A stretch of 64,000 nt of DNA from Vicugna vicugna (GCA_013265495.1 MU058009.1:2931780-2995779), one strand, 5' to 3'; shown: positions 1 through 12,281, counted from the stretch's first letter. Notes: generated from the letters alone by a model not told the origin. Numbers and translations are program-made.

Positions 1-1339
1 GGATCCTTACATGATGTGGGAGGCGCTGGGCAGGGTCGGGGGCAGGGTGGGCAGAGTGGGGGATAAGCCCAGGTGCTGAAGCGGCCATGAAGCGGGAGCT
101 GGTGGGGAATTTGACGGGGGCCAAGTATCTGATGGCCAGGCCCCCGCTGGAGGGCAGGGCTGGACCCACAGGCCCCTCTGCGACAGCCTTGGTGGAGCGG
201 AGGCCTCTGCTCGGTTTTTGCCTCCAAATCTGCTGGCATTCCCAGAGCCACCCAGGGGAGGGGATTCTAGGAGACAGCTCCAGTGTGACCCAGGTGTCCG
301 CAGGACAACAGCCACAGTGCGTTTTTGTTTCTTGCTTAGTGTTCAGTGACTTTAATCCCCCTCCCCACCACCCTGCTCTCTGACCACAAACCTTACACCA
401 GACAGGAAAGACCTTTGGGGAAGGGAAGTCTTTGGGAGAACTTCTTCGCCATAACTAAAATCAACTGGTTTTCCTTAAAAGGCCAAGTCTTCAAGGCCAG
501 CTCCGCACAGACTTCGCCCCGAGCCCCATAACCAGGGGGCGCAGATGGCCTGGTTTGCCCTGGCTCCAACACACAGCTGTTGTCTGGTAGCGATACTGAT
601 GGTGCCTCCTTGCGCTCTCAAGAGGATGCTGGTTTGGAGGACGAATGGAAGAGTCCCTTGGCCTTTCGCTTAGCATCGAGCTGCACTTGTAGAAGAGGAG
701 GGTGGGGAGCTGAGGGCAGAGAAGTGGGGCTGCTTGGGTTCCCTGGAGCTCCCCTACGGCCTGCCTCTCGGTCACTCAGGTGACTGCACTGCAACATCAA
801 GACCCGTAGCCCATCAGGGAGAAAGCCAGGCTAAGCTTCCAGGTCCCAGGGCCCCTCCGCTTCCCAGGAGTTTCAGGAAAATACCTGCCATGTGTTCCTG
901 CTCTCCCAGTGCCTCCCAGTGCCCTATGCCCTGGTCTGGGGTCTGATGGGCGAAGGAAGCACAGCCCCCACCAAGGCCAGCGTGGGGCAGCGCCTGCTGC
1001 GGCCTCAGCCCTTCCTCGTGCTCCCAGGCTGTGCGGCCTGCGGTCTGATGCTGCACTTCCTCCTTGGCCGGTTCCTGAGCGCATCACTGCTGGGAGGGGG
1101 AGGCCCAGAGCGGGAGGAGACAAGGGGGCATGCATGTCAAGGAGCCTCTGCACTGCGGGCAAAGAGGCTCCTTCCAGGAGGGGTCCCATGGGCCCTGGCT
1201 CGGGCCCTCGGCGTGCAGTCTTGGTAAGGTCCCCCGAAGAGGTGGGGCATGGCCAGTGGCTTCTCTGAAGGGCCAACTGTTGGACAATTCTCTAGACAAT
1301 TCCTTTTTTCCCTCCTTTGGCAGCTCAAGCACAGAGGCC

Positions 1340-1545
1340 AGGTGGAATCCCAGGTTTGCCTCTGAGCTCCATCCTTTACTAGCTGTGTGATTTTGGATCT
1401 ATTACTTAACCTCTCTGAGCCAGTGAGGGGCTGTTCTTCATATGACAGTAGAACAGTAGGTTCCCTGCAGGTTGGAGTTAGGACAGAATGAAGTCAAGGC
1501 CTGCAGGGCCCCTCATGCTGAAACAGAGGCTCAGTTACCATCTCC
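1340..1545 (+). mobile_element. MIR SINE (degenerate)
   Basis: 'tttactagctgtgtgattttggatctattacttaacctctctgagcc' matches the MIR core 'cttactagctgtgtgaccttgggcaagttacttaacctctctgtgcc'. Confidence 0.8.
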
Positions 1546-1929
1546 TTCTTGTTGCTCAAGGCCGCTTTCTTCATTCAGTTTTGGCTCCAGCTGACACTTT
1601 CTTGGAGGACTGTGATTTGATTAAGTCAGTGGTTAATTGAAATGCAAGACTTTCAACATCTGTTTCCGTCAGGTTGCGGTTTAGGACACAGATGAGTGAA
1701 TGGAATGAATGGAGAAATCAGTAGCTTAGCTAAAGGTGATACATGCGGTGGGGAAATAGGATGAATCTTGGCATTACACCTGCCTGCACGAGCTTTCCAG
1801 ATCTGGGGCAAGAACATTCCTCTGGCCCCTACGACATTCTGTCGTAGAGACCACGAAGTCCGGGCCCAAATAGCACAGGGAACCGGGGAGGGGAAGCGCA
1901 GGCTTGGTTTCGGGGAGGGCAGTTGGGGT

Positions 1930-2070
1930 GGGGCTTTGGGCAAGGACACTCTCTGAGCTCACCTTCCTCCTTTTTAAAACCGGGACAGCAGCACCTGCCT
2001 CACAGGGTGAAGAGGGATAGGATTGTCCATGTGAGTCAGCGGTTGCCTGGCACTAATTGATGAACGACTC
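1930..2070 (+). mobile_element. MIR SINE fragment
   Basis: 'ttgggcaag...ctctctgagc...acctgcctcacagggt...tgcctggcac' follows MIR core and 3' order. Confidence 0.6.
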
Positions 2071-2084
2071 AGTAGCGCGCTTGG

Positions 2085-2460
2085 CGACACTGGTCTCCGT
2101 TCTCAGTGGTCCCTCAGATGCAGCTCTGCTCTGCTGCCCCGCATCCTCCAGGTACCTCCTGCTCGTTTCTGCTCGAGTCTTACCTGGGCTACTTTTTGTC
2201 CCCTGAAACGCCTCCCATCCACCCTTTCTCCTGCCCATGTGCTTGCAGACCCTCATGAAGCCCCGTCTCTCCACGAAGACTTCCCGAGGTCCCTGTCTCT
2301 CCTCCAAGGTCCTTCCCCACCTCGGCACGGATCACACGCTGCTTCGGGCTGTCATGTGCCTGTCTGTGGACACACGTGGTCTTCTCTCTGCTGAGATGCT
2401 CGGGTCCTCGTGGACAGGCAGTCTTTCCTTTTTGAGCCCCTCCTGGTACACGTGCTGCGT
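2085..2460 (+). mobile_element. L2 LINE 3' fragment (highly diverged)
   Basis: Pyrimidine-rich stretch with L2-like 'ctctccacgaagacttccc' and 'ctcgtggacaggcagtct' motifs; recognised by eye only. Confidence 0.4.
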
Positions 2461-2884
2461 GCGGTGGTGTCTCATGACTGCTGCCAGCAGGTCAGATGCA
2501 CACTCCTCTCCAGTTCTGAGTTTTTATGGGAAGACAAACTTGAGAACAGTGGAGTGTTTACTCCACAGATTCCTCCATTTCCTAACAATGTTCTCCAGAT
2601 TGCATCTGTCCTGCCCTCCACCCTCATTTCCCAATGTGAACTTCTGGGGTTGCAGCAGAAACCCAAGGATGGAATGACCCCAGGGTCCGAGGAGGCTGCA
2701 GAAGGCTGCATCTCAGCTAAGTTAGGAGCCCGATGCCGGGAGTGTAAACATCCTTCCCAGATGAAATACTGGTCCCAGAGCGAGGACTGGTGGCCACCTT
2801 GGCCTTCTTTGCCGTGTAAGACTCGTATCTACAAGTAGTTCTTTTCTAGCCAAGAACGAGCCTCAGCTTTGGAGGACTGACAGT

Positions 2885-2941
2885 TGTGTGTGTCTGTGTG
2901 TGTGTGTGTGTGCACATGTATGTGCACACACACACACACAC
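2885..2941. repeat. (TG)n/(CA)n microsatellite forming a perfect inverted repeat
   Basis: 2896-2917 is the exact reverse complement of 2920-2941, with a 2-nt spacer. Confidence 0.95.
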
Positions 2942-3099
2942 GTGCATGTAGAGAAGCTTGAAGGGGAGGAGGGGGGCTGGGGTAAAACTTCATCCAGGTT
3001 GACCCCCTGCATTCGGAGATGCAACAGAACTGGTGATCTGGGACCTGCGTGGACGTTAGTTTTTCACTGTGGCATCCTTTCTTCAAACTGAAGTTTACT

Positions 3100-3920
3100 T
3101 TGAAGTTCATATATAAGACAAACCAGGGTGGAGCTCCTGGGAGTGGTGGTGGGGGGAACCCAAGCCTGGAGAGAGGGCCCAAGGAAGCGCCACCAAGAAC
3201 TTTGTCAAAACTGGTGCTGTAAACTTTACTCTTCTTGGCAAAAGAAGGAGGAGTACTGGCGTCTCTCTTGCTCTTAGGAGGTGCCTGGTGTGGGGAGGGC
3301 CCACCGTTTGTGCCCACTTACGCGTCACGTCTTCCAATGAGGTTGCGGAGCCCCAAGGTGATACCTGTGCTCAAGGCTCCAGCCTCCTGTCCGCTCTGCC
3401 GCAGAGCCCTGGGGCGCGAGGGGGGCCAGCCGCGCAGACTCGGGAAGGGACAGTGTTAAGTGAGCTGTGTGCTCAAGAGCCTTGTTTTCGTCCGGGGTGG
3501 AGGCGGCGGGAGGCCCCTGAGGGGGGCTTCTGCGTGTAGCACAGTGTGTGAGGTGGGTGTCTGTGTGAGGCCTGGGTGGAGCGAGGCCGAGGGTGGGGCT
3601 TGCACGTCCTGCCATGTATGGTCCTTCCAGCCCTGCGGCCACGGGAGGCTTGGAGGTTGCTCTCGGCCGCAGAGGTTTGGGCCGCTTCCAGCAGGGCTGG
3701 TTGGTGTGGAGGGGTGGTGGCTGTGGGAATGGCACCGCCCGCCTGGCCTCGGAGAGGGTGGCTGTTTCCTCCGTGTCCCCGGAGCCGGCATCCGTGTCAC
3801 AGGCTGTGTGGGAAAGGAAGGCGGCCCGGGCGTGGAGGTCGGGACAGCGCGGGTGTGGCCTGGGAGGGGCCTGGGAGGGAGGCAGAGAGGGAGTCTTGGG
3901 GGAATAAGGGGGAAGGGGCC
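3100..3920 (+). promoter_or_regulatory. Candidate promoter and non-coding first exon (CpG-rich)
   Basis: TATATAAG 3110-3117, CGTCA half-CRE 3323-3327, CCAAT 3334-3338, CpG-dense 3300-3860, donor-like TAA|GTGAGC at 3459/3460, G-quadruplex motif 3862-3879. Confidence 0.4.
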
Positions 3921-4104
3921 TGAAAAGTGGGATGAGGCACTCCTCCAGCACTTGGCTCTTGCTATCTTGGAAAATTAAAGCCAGGCCTCGGCTGGAGCAT
4001 TCTGCTTGAGATTCTGCTGGGAAATGAAGAAGGCTGGGGAGGAGTGGGTGGTGAGTGGGACTTTTCCTTCTCAGTTGGTAGTGTATGTGCGGGGGTGGTG
4101 TGTG

Positions 4105-4250
4105 TCCATTCACCAGCTGGTTACTGAGGACCTACTGTGTGCCAGACCCTGGCTTTAGGGGTGGATGAAATAGAAGTCATGGTTCCTGCCCTTAGAGAGC
4201 TCACAGTCTGGTGAAGAACGCAGACAAATAAACAGATGACGATACAATGT
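4105..4250 (-). mobile_element. L2 LINE 3' end
   Basis: 'ttactgaggacctactgtgtgccagaccctg...tggttcctgcccttagagagctcacagtctggtg' is the reverse complement of the L2 3' terminus. Confidence 0.8.
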
Positions 4251-5784
4251 TACATTATTCAACCTGGAGAATGTCAGTAGTATAGAATATGTATTTATTA
4301 GTGCATAATATGGTATGTTAATGTACTCGTTTATTACTGTATAATATATAAAGTTACATAACTACGTGCAGTAAATCAGCAGTGTGTACGTAAGTGCACC
4401 GTTATACACACACACGTTCTCTACAGTGTAGAACGTGGTGTGTATACTCTGCGCACACACTGTACGTGGGGAGAGACGCACAGCGGCACATCCACACGCG
4501 CAAATACTGTGCCGCTGCCCTTCTCCTCTGCTGACTCAGATTCTCCCTACAGCAGCTCTGTGCTGGCCGGTGGACTGCTTGGACTTGAGCCCAGGCAGTC
4601 TTCCCCAGGGTCCACCTCTCAGCTACCTCACCAGCCAGCCTCTCAGGAGAGGTGTGTACAGGGCGCAAGAAAAGACTTGAAAGAATATTTAACCCTGCCA
4701 GGGAGTCGGAGAGGTGTCACAGAGAACAAGTTGCCTGTCCAAGATGGTGTCTGCCTGTGTGTTGGGGGTGGAGAGGGCGGTAAGTTGTTCTAAGGAAGGA
4801 ATCAGAACTTCACAGGGCACAGGAGCGAGGGAGAGGAAGGCACCGCATTTCAGGTCAGCCCAGGTCAGGTACAGGCACCGTAGCACATCCTGGGCGCTCC
4901 AGCCCAGCCCTCCAGCCCAGCCCACAGGAGGCGATGTCAAGGCCCCTCGGCCCCCGGCTGACAGCAGTGGGGGAAGGGAGGCGGGAGGGTGGGGGAGGAT
5001 GTGAGCTGCCTGCTTCCCAGCGGTGATGCCCGTCCGGGCCGTGAGCTCCTTGCCAGAGGGGTGAGCGCAGCGGAGGTGAGGGGGAGCTGCCATGCAGTTG
5101 CTCAGCCTCCAGCACGTGGAGTGGGATTGCCTGGGTCAGCTGGCCATCTGCGTCTTGTTCAGCATCCCTACCCCTGGGAGCCCCGCTCTCTGGCCCATCT
5201 GTCCAGCTCAAGGGGAGGTTTGCAGGCAAAGGGATGAGCTTGCTGTGTTTCTCTAACCAAACAGATGCTTAGAACAAATAAACAGACCAGGAAGCCGGGA
5301 GAGGTTGTGGCAGCTTAGTGGAGACAGGCCGTCCTTTTTGAAGGTTGTTGATGTGCTGGAAGGGGTGGACATCTAGGGCCAGATCATATCTGACCGTGTG
5401 CTGAGGCCAGGATTCTCAGATCACCCATTATGACAGCGTTTGTTTAATGCTTTACAGTTTCCAAAGTCCCGAGATCACCAGCCAACAAAGAGTTGATGGG
5501 GGCCTTGCATTCAAGTTCTTGGCCTCCAAACTGTGGCCTCTTTTCTCTGCCTGTGCGATCCTCAACCTTGGTAGGTCAGTCTAGAGAACATTAGGGGTCC
5601 CCTGGGAAACTGCAAGCTTGCTTTGACTGATTGTGTGATTTAATTGATTACAGATTCCTTGTCTCCTTTAGGAGAACAGGCTGGAGGAGGCCTGCAGGGC
5701 AGAGCGCTGAGGTTTTGCTCGGGGGACTGTTCCTACAGTCAGACCTTTCCCCTCCTGGGGCGGGAAACCAGCCCGGCTCCGCAA

Positions 5785-5917
5785 TCAAACAGACCTGGGT
5801 TTTTGGACTCCGCCTCAGCAGGACCCTGGATGAATTCCTTCACTTCTCTGGGTTTCAGTTTTCCTCTCCGTAGAGGAAGATAACAACACTTTGCTCCCGG
5901 GTTTTGTGAGGATCCAT
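5785..5917 (+). mobile_element. MIR SINE fragment
   Basis: 'cagacctgggtt...cttcacttctctgggtttcagttttcctc...gggttttgtgagga'. Confidence 0.65.
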
Positions 5918-6169
5918 AGGGGAGCGTTCGATGAGGGTGACCTCCCTTCCCATTTCTCCCCTGGCTCGTCCCTCAAGTCTCTTCTGGCAGGAAGAGTGCA
6001 TCCAATTGCTTGGCCCCTCTCGTCTCCCTGGACTTGGCTGCCTCCTTTTCCAGCCGCTCTGTGCTCTCATCCAGCCCTGTCTTAGTCACCTAGAGACCGA
6101 GCTCTTGGCTACTGGACAGTCCCCACCCCAGCATGCCATTAAGGAGTTGGTAGGCTTGCGTGAGGTAAC

Positions 6170-6505
6170 CCTGTACCATCCTCCCTCGGTGTCCATGGAC
6201 CGAGGACCCCCTGCAGGTACCGAATCCACAGATGCTCAACTCCGTTGTATAAAATGGCGTAGTGTTTGCATTAAATCATGCACATCCTGCCGTGTAATTT
6301 AAATCATCTCTAGATTACTCATGATACCCAGTACAATGTAAGTGCTGTGTAAATAGATGCAAATGAGTGTAAATGCTATGTAAACAGTTGGCAGTCTAGG
6401 GCAAACTCAAGTTCTGCTTTTCGGAATTCTCTGAAATTGTATGTGTGTGTGAATATTTTCCATCTGCAGTCAGTCGAATCCACAGAAGCATCCGCGGGAT
6501 GCAGT
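6170..6505. mobile_element. MER2/MER2B-like Tigger-derived DNA transposon
   Basis: 'gaatccacagatgctcaactccgttgtataaaatggcgtagtgtttgcat...tttaaatcatctctagattactc' is characteristic of MER2. Confidence 0.85.
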
Positions 6506-6711
6506 GCTTAGCCGAGCGGCTGGCTTGCTAGCCTGCTGGGTGGATGCTAGCTCCGACTAGTCCTGTTGTTAAGTGGGATTCACGGGGAAAACGTCAGTGA
6601 TTCACCACCTCTTGGGGCTGGACAAGACCTTTGCACATGTCCTTCTCCGTCTCCTCTTCTGACAGCAGAGGTCTCAGTGGCAGAATAAGTTCAGCTCTGG
6701 GGGTAGATCCC

Positions 6712-7210
6712 ATCCATCCATTCATTCATTCACTCACTCACTCAACACTTACCCATGTGCCAAGTACCGCATCAAGGGTTGATATGGGAAGATGAATAAG
6801 ACACACTGCCAGCCGCCAGAGAGCTCACGATCTGCCTGGGGAGGCAGACACGGACACCGGGTCAGGCCATGTGGCAGGTGCTGTAGTGGGCGCACGTGTC
6901 GGGTGTTGGAGCGAGTGAAGGACACCCTCGAAGGGGCAGCAGATGCTTCCTGGAGCTGGTGGTGCCTGAGCTCAACTTTTAAGAAGCAGAAGCTAGTCAG
7001 GTTAAGTGGGGATTCCTGGAGGGTGGGGCAGGTCTTCCTGGTGAAGGGGAGGAAGGATGCTGCCCCCAGGGCACCACGTGGCTCCTGACTCCTGGAGCCA
7101 GAGACCCAGGGGAGGGAGGTCTGGAGCGGGAGTCTTGAGGAGGAGAGAACACTCAGTTGGTGGAGTGAACTTTCTCTCCTGAGCAAGGTCCTGAAGGCAC
7201 AAGCAGCAGA
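6712..7210 (-). mobile_element. L2 LINE 3' portion
   Basis: (CATT)n tail followed by 'caacacttacccatgtgccaagtac...gaataagacac...gagctcacgatctg' and purine-rich L2 body. Confidence 0.75.
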
Positions 7211-7689
7211 GTTGCATGCGGGGCCCTGCAGATGGGTTGGAGTGGAGAGGCCCTGGCCAGATGACCGGGGTAGGAACTGCCAGAAGGCTTTGGGGTCCGC
7301 TCTTTCTCAGATTCCCCCTGTGGGTTATAGGAGACCACTTACATCTCCTAAACACATATTTGCTGAAAGAAGCATTAGAACAAAGGGAAAAAGGAAGCAG
7401 GGCACGAAATGAAACTAGGTCATCTGTGTGCGTTCAGTGCGTGTGCAGCCGGGGTGAGCGGGCCGTCTCCCGGAGGGCGGAGTGTGGAGCCGTGCGTGAG
7501 GGACAGAGCCCCACGTGGTGTGTGCAGCCGACACGAATGTGACGATTTTCTCGGTTACCTGCTCGGGTACCTGAGAGCAGGCCATATGAGCACGCCCGGG
7601 GAGACGGGCTCTTGGCACTTCAGGGGTTGGAGAGGCCCCTCAAAACCAGCAGGGGCTTCTTTTCTGAAGCATCTCCTGTTACAATGCAG

Positions 7690-8040
7690 CATTAGTCGGG
7701 GTTCTTGGTTGTAAAGAGAAGAAGCCAACTTGGTTTGCTTAAGCAGGAAACAGACTGTTGGAAGTATTCAGTAGCTCTTGAAATCTGTGGGAAGACTAGT
7801 GACCCAGTCTCGGGCACGCACCGAGGGAGTGAAGGCTCTGCCCGAATCCCCCCCTGGGAGCAGCGGCTGCTTCTGCTGTCGCTCCTGCAGGCACCACTCC
7901 CCCTAGAAACTTGCCTCCACAGGACGATCGCTCACGGATCCTTGGCTTTTAACTCAGTCGTGCTGTGTGGAGGCCTCCGACTGGCCACACTGAGGCCACT
8001 TGCCCCTTCCCCAGCTGCCCGGGGAGGGCGAAGAGGAGCT
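7690..8040 (-). mobile_element. Old MLT1 (MaLR) LTR
   Basis: 'attagtcggggttcttggttgtaaagagaagaagccaact...gcttaagcaggaaa' resembles the reversed end of MLT1K/L/N-type LTRs. Confidence 0.6.
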
Positions 8041-10123
8041 GCGCAGCCTGCTTGGCTCCGGTGAGAAGGAGGGATTTCTACCCCCGCCAGGAGAGTGTTC
8101 GGGTGCTGGGTGGCCCCAAACGACAGACATCTGCCACGTTCTTCGACCTTCTGGGCCTGGCTGTCAAAGGCACCTGCTCTCGACTCTGCCCTCCTCTGCC
8201 TCCTTAGTGATTCTGAGGCCTGAACTACCAAGGGGTTTTCTCCGTCACTCTCAGGAGCGTCTACTGCTTGAATTCTTGATTGGTCTCCAACACCTTCCCT
8301 GAAAGCTGTATGTCATTTTCCTTTGAGTGAAAAGAGATGCAACGGCCTAACTGTAGAGAGGACTGTAAACTGTAAAGTCTCTCTTCCTCTGAGAGATTTC
8401 TGCCCATAGACTCTTCTTGCCCCAGACTGTGGGCATCACAGGTGGGCAGGAGGGACGGGGCCACTCAGTGTGTCTCCGACTTTTTCCAGCTTTGACAAAT
8501 GGCACAAATCACACTTTCACTGTTAGACCCAAGTTAAAAAAATTCAGAGCCTGCCTGCCTGCCTGCCTGCCTTCCTCTCTCGATCTTTTGATGGATCTAA
8601 TCTGAATTGCCTCGGAACTCACCTGTCCGTGGACTTACCACCTAGAACAGAGGAGGTAGTTGGGGAATCTGCGTGCTGATGTGGGTTTTGAGCCTCTTTG
8701 GTATTCCAACAATACTTGTGCTGATTTACTGCAATGAGAACATTCGGCTCTGGCCCTAAAATGGTCTGAGAGCGTCCATCTCCTTTCAGAGGGCCACCCC
8801 TGACTTGTCAGAGCGCTAGGGTGGTCTGGGGAGGGGACGGCACAGACCTTTTGCTTTGCGTCCTTTTCCTTCCTGTCCCCTGATCTTTGGCCAGCTGGTT
8901 ATTTCCTCATCCTGCCACTAAAGATGGAAAGCAGGGAGAGGAGGTAAAACTTGTTCCCTCGCCTTGGTGGCTCAGGACATGGTTTGTTAACGTGAAGTCA
9001 GTGCGTACTTTGTCCACGTCTTTCTGCTGCCCTCTGCCTTGTCTTCCTCTCCACGTTATCACTTCGTTAAGTCTAAGAGCCTTGCCAAAGCTCACATGAC
9101 CTTCGCATCTTCAGGAAACCCCATAGACCTTTTATCAGCAAAAACGATGGCTGTTCCAAACAGAAAAGACAGAATTTCCTGAGTGCCCCAATTCCTCCGA
9201 AGGTCAGAGTTAAGTCTCTTTATGGGATCAGTTTGCCTCATAGGGGTTAAAAGAGGACGGGTACCATCCCCCTTCCCATTTACAAAGCACATTCCCAAGC
9301 TGAATCCAACTGGAGGACCAGAATTTGGGGAGGCTGTGCTTCCTTAACCATTAGGGTATGAGCATGACAAAGAAGTTCCTGGTTACTTGAAGACCAGAAC
9401 TATAATCGGACTTTAAGCCCAAGACTTGGCAGGTTATGTAGAGCCCAGGGCTCAGAGCCCCGTCACCATGTGTAACTTCAGTGTCACAGGCGAGGGCATT
9501 GTCCAGGAGCAGTTGTTCCTGACCTTTCCCTCCCTTCTCTTCCCCTCTCCTCTTCCCTGGGGACCCGACCCAGACCCACATTCCTTCATTATCACACTAC
9601 CTTCTGCAGATGGAACAGGCTCACTCCAGGATGCCAATCTGTGTGAAAGCGCTCCAGGGCTGGTGGGAACACGGCTCCCAGAACCTGACTCGTTTCAGAA
9701 GCTTATCTTCTGGCACTTGCTCCTCCAAAGAAAAAGGCTCAGGCCAGAGGATGAAAGTGGCAGCCCAAGGCTGCGTGAAATGGAGCGTTATGTGCGGACG
9801 CACAGCCCACCCCACCCCAGGGACCAGAGTGGGAAGGCAGTAAATGCTGCCTAAGCCCCTCGCCGACAATGTGTAAGAAACAAGTGAACCTGCCCAGCAT
9901 CCCTTTGGCCCAGCCACACTCGGGGTCGTTTGTCACAGCCCTTTCATTACCTGCTCTGGGTCCAGCGCGCCACAGCTCCGGTGGGGTGGTGGTGGGGTAG
10001 CCGTCCCTTCCGGCTGCACCCCAGACAGGAGCTATGCCTCGTCGGTTTCACTGGCAGAGGGTGTGGGGCAAGCTGGTACGTCTCCGCGAGATGTTAGAGG
10101 TTTGGTGACGGATGGGGTAGCTC

Positions 10124-10158
10124 TGTGTGTGGTGTGTGTGTGTGTGTGTGTGTGTGTG
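10124..10158. repeat. (TG)n microsatellite
   Basis: Direct reading; one interruption. Confidence 0.95.
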
Positions 10159-12281
10159 CGCATGCCCAGGTGACTGTGTGCCAGAGGGAGTGTGTAGTCC
10201 ATGCGTGCTCAAGTTTGCGTCACATGGCTGCTTGGGTTTGAGGCCAGAGGGATGGCCAGTGAGGGCAGTGCTGGGAGAGGGAGGGGCTGGGTGGGGGGCA
10301 GCTGGAGCTGGGGGAGTGGAATGGGGGAGGCGTGTGAAATGTGGGTGGCATGAGAACTGATTTTACGGCTGGTTGGAGCTTGAAAATGCTTTGTCTGGCT
10401 AAAATAAAAGGATCAAAATTTTTTTATGCTGAAGAAATGATTTTATTTTTTTCCTCTTCTCTTCTTTGATTCCTTTTCTGTAATAATTTGCCAAACTCCC
10501 TCAGAAAGAAAAAAAAAACCCCAAATGGGTTCAAGGTGCGGAAAGCACAGCTTAGCTCCGTGGGAAGGGGCGGCCCGAGGGGGCGGGTGGGCTCAGCGGG
10601 CCTGGGGACAAGCTCCCGGGCTGCTGGCCTCCTCCCCTGCCGGGGGCCGCATGCCCACCCACCCATTTGGAAAAGTTGTTCTTTGTCTTTTGCTTTGGTT
10701 TTCACTGGCACTTTCTTCCTTATTAACTGTGTCCAATCAAACTGGCACAGACGGGTCTTGGGAAGACCAGTGGGAGCCATCCCCTTCCTCCTGCCTCTCG
10801 AGCTCTGAGACTTCTGCTTCCTGCCCCGTCCTGTCTTCTGACCCCAGCTCAGCCTGCCCCTCCTGACGTAACGCTTTATCCCCCTTGACTGTGTCTGTCA
10901 CTCTGCCTGCACAGTTTGGTATTGGGGTCGGGGTGTTGGCTTTGCGAGAGCCACAACAGAACCATGAAGGAAAAGGAACACGTTTCACCAATGTCACTAA
11001 TGCTCGTTGGCCCCATACCTCCTCCATCTTGCAGACAGAACACTGAGTTACGGGGAGACACAGTGGACGGCACGCTTGCTTCAACGAACTAGCAGTGAGC
11101 GGCCTTTGGATTTCTCAGTTGGTTCTTTGAACACATTTCTTTTTTTTACCCAATTTGAGATACTAAGGTGACAGTTGGATCATAGAATTTTATAGTTGGA
11201 GAAATCCTTACAGAACACGGGCACCAAAGGGTCTTCAGTAGTGCCCTGGGGAGCGCCCTCAGCTCGCCGCAGCGGGGCAGTTCCACGCCTGCTGACGTCG
11301 TTTTTTGAGTTTTCGCAAGATGGAAACTCCTCGGGTGAATTTCATCCACTTTCCCTATTTAAGAGATGAGCAAAATGAGCCAGGCGATAAAGAGAGAAAG
11401 AAAACAAATGTCTTCCACCAAGAGCTCTGTTTACTTGTAACTTGTCCATTACTTAGATTAAAACACACACGCACATGCAAATCAAAGCCCAAATGTTTTA
11501 ATATTTAGGTGCCATTTATCAAGACAAATGGAAATGCTTGACTTAATCCTTAGGGTAAAACTGTGTGAGGTTTTCGTTTAAAATGGGCGTTTGGGGCAGG
11601 GCGGGGGAAGATTTTTGTCTCTGTAGATGCCCATGGCCTGGGACAGTCTTCATTTGTGTATCTTAAGAACGTAAGTGGTGGTGACAGAGTGACAGGAGAT
11701 AAGGTCCAAATGGATGACAGTGTTAAGGCTGCCGATTAAACTTCTTCCTTTTTTTTTTTTGGGTTGGAGTCAAGTGATTTCCTCTGGATGTTAAAAGTCA
11801 CAGAGTTTGGGATGACAGATTGGTGAAAGAGGAGCTTGGAGCTCAGCTGGTGGTGTATTTCCACCATCGATACTCCTCTGCTAGAAACACTTGGCCTGTT
11901 GCAGTGCTGAACTGAAAGATCTTGTTTGGTCCCTAAGGGTCTAGGTGGCCACAATCAAAACAGGAAAGCCAGAAAATATGAATTTCATCAATATGAAGTT
12001 CACGAATGCAATTGTGCAATGACATCTGATTTCAACATTTTCTAATATGTTTCAACATAGCCTAATATGCCTTGACTAAGTATATGTGTATTTTTGGTGG
12101 CGATTATTTGAAACAATAACTCAGAATCTTTTAAGTTTTAGATCCCCAGACAGTGAGATCATCATTCCTTTTGTCCATTTCATGTAAAATTACTGAAATA
12201 TGGGAATGTTTTGATCATTGAATCGGGAGGAACCATATGGATCATGTGGGCCAATAATTTCCAGACTATTCTCCGAGGAGA

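Noticed and set aside
3325..4113. 262-aa minus-strand ORF and overlapping ORFs
   Set aside because: Pro/Ala-rich product of G-rich CpG DNA that lacks stop codons; no homology recognised
10351..10372. TGAGAACTGA, identical to the first 10 nt of miR-146
   Set aside because: The sequence diverges after 10 nt and I see no complementary arm
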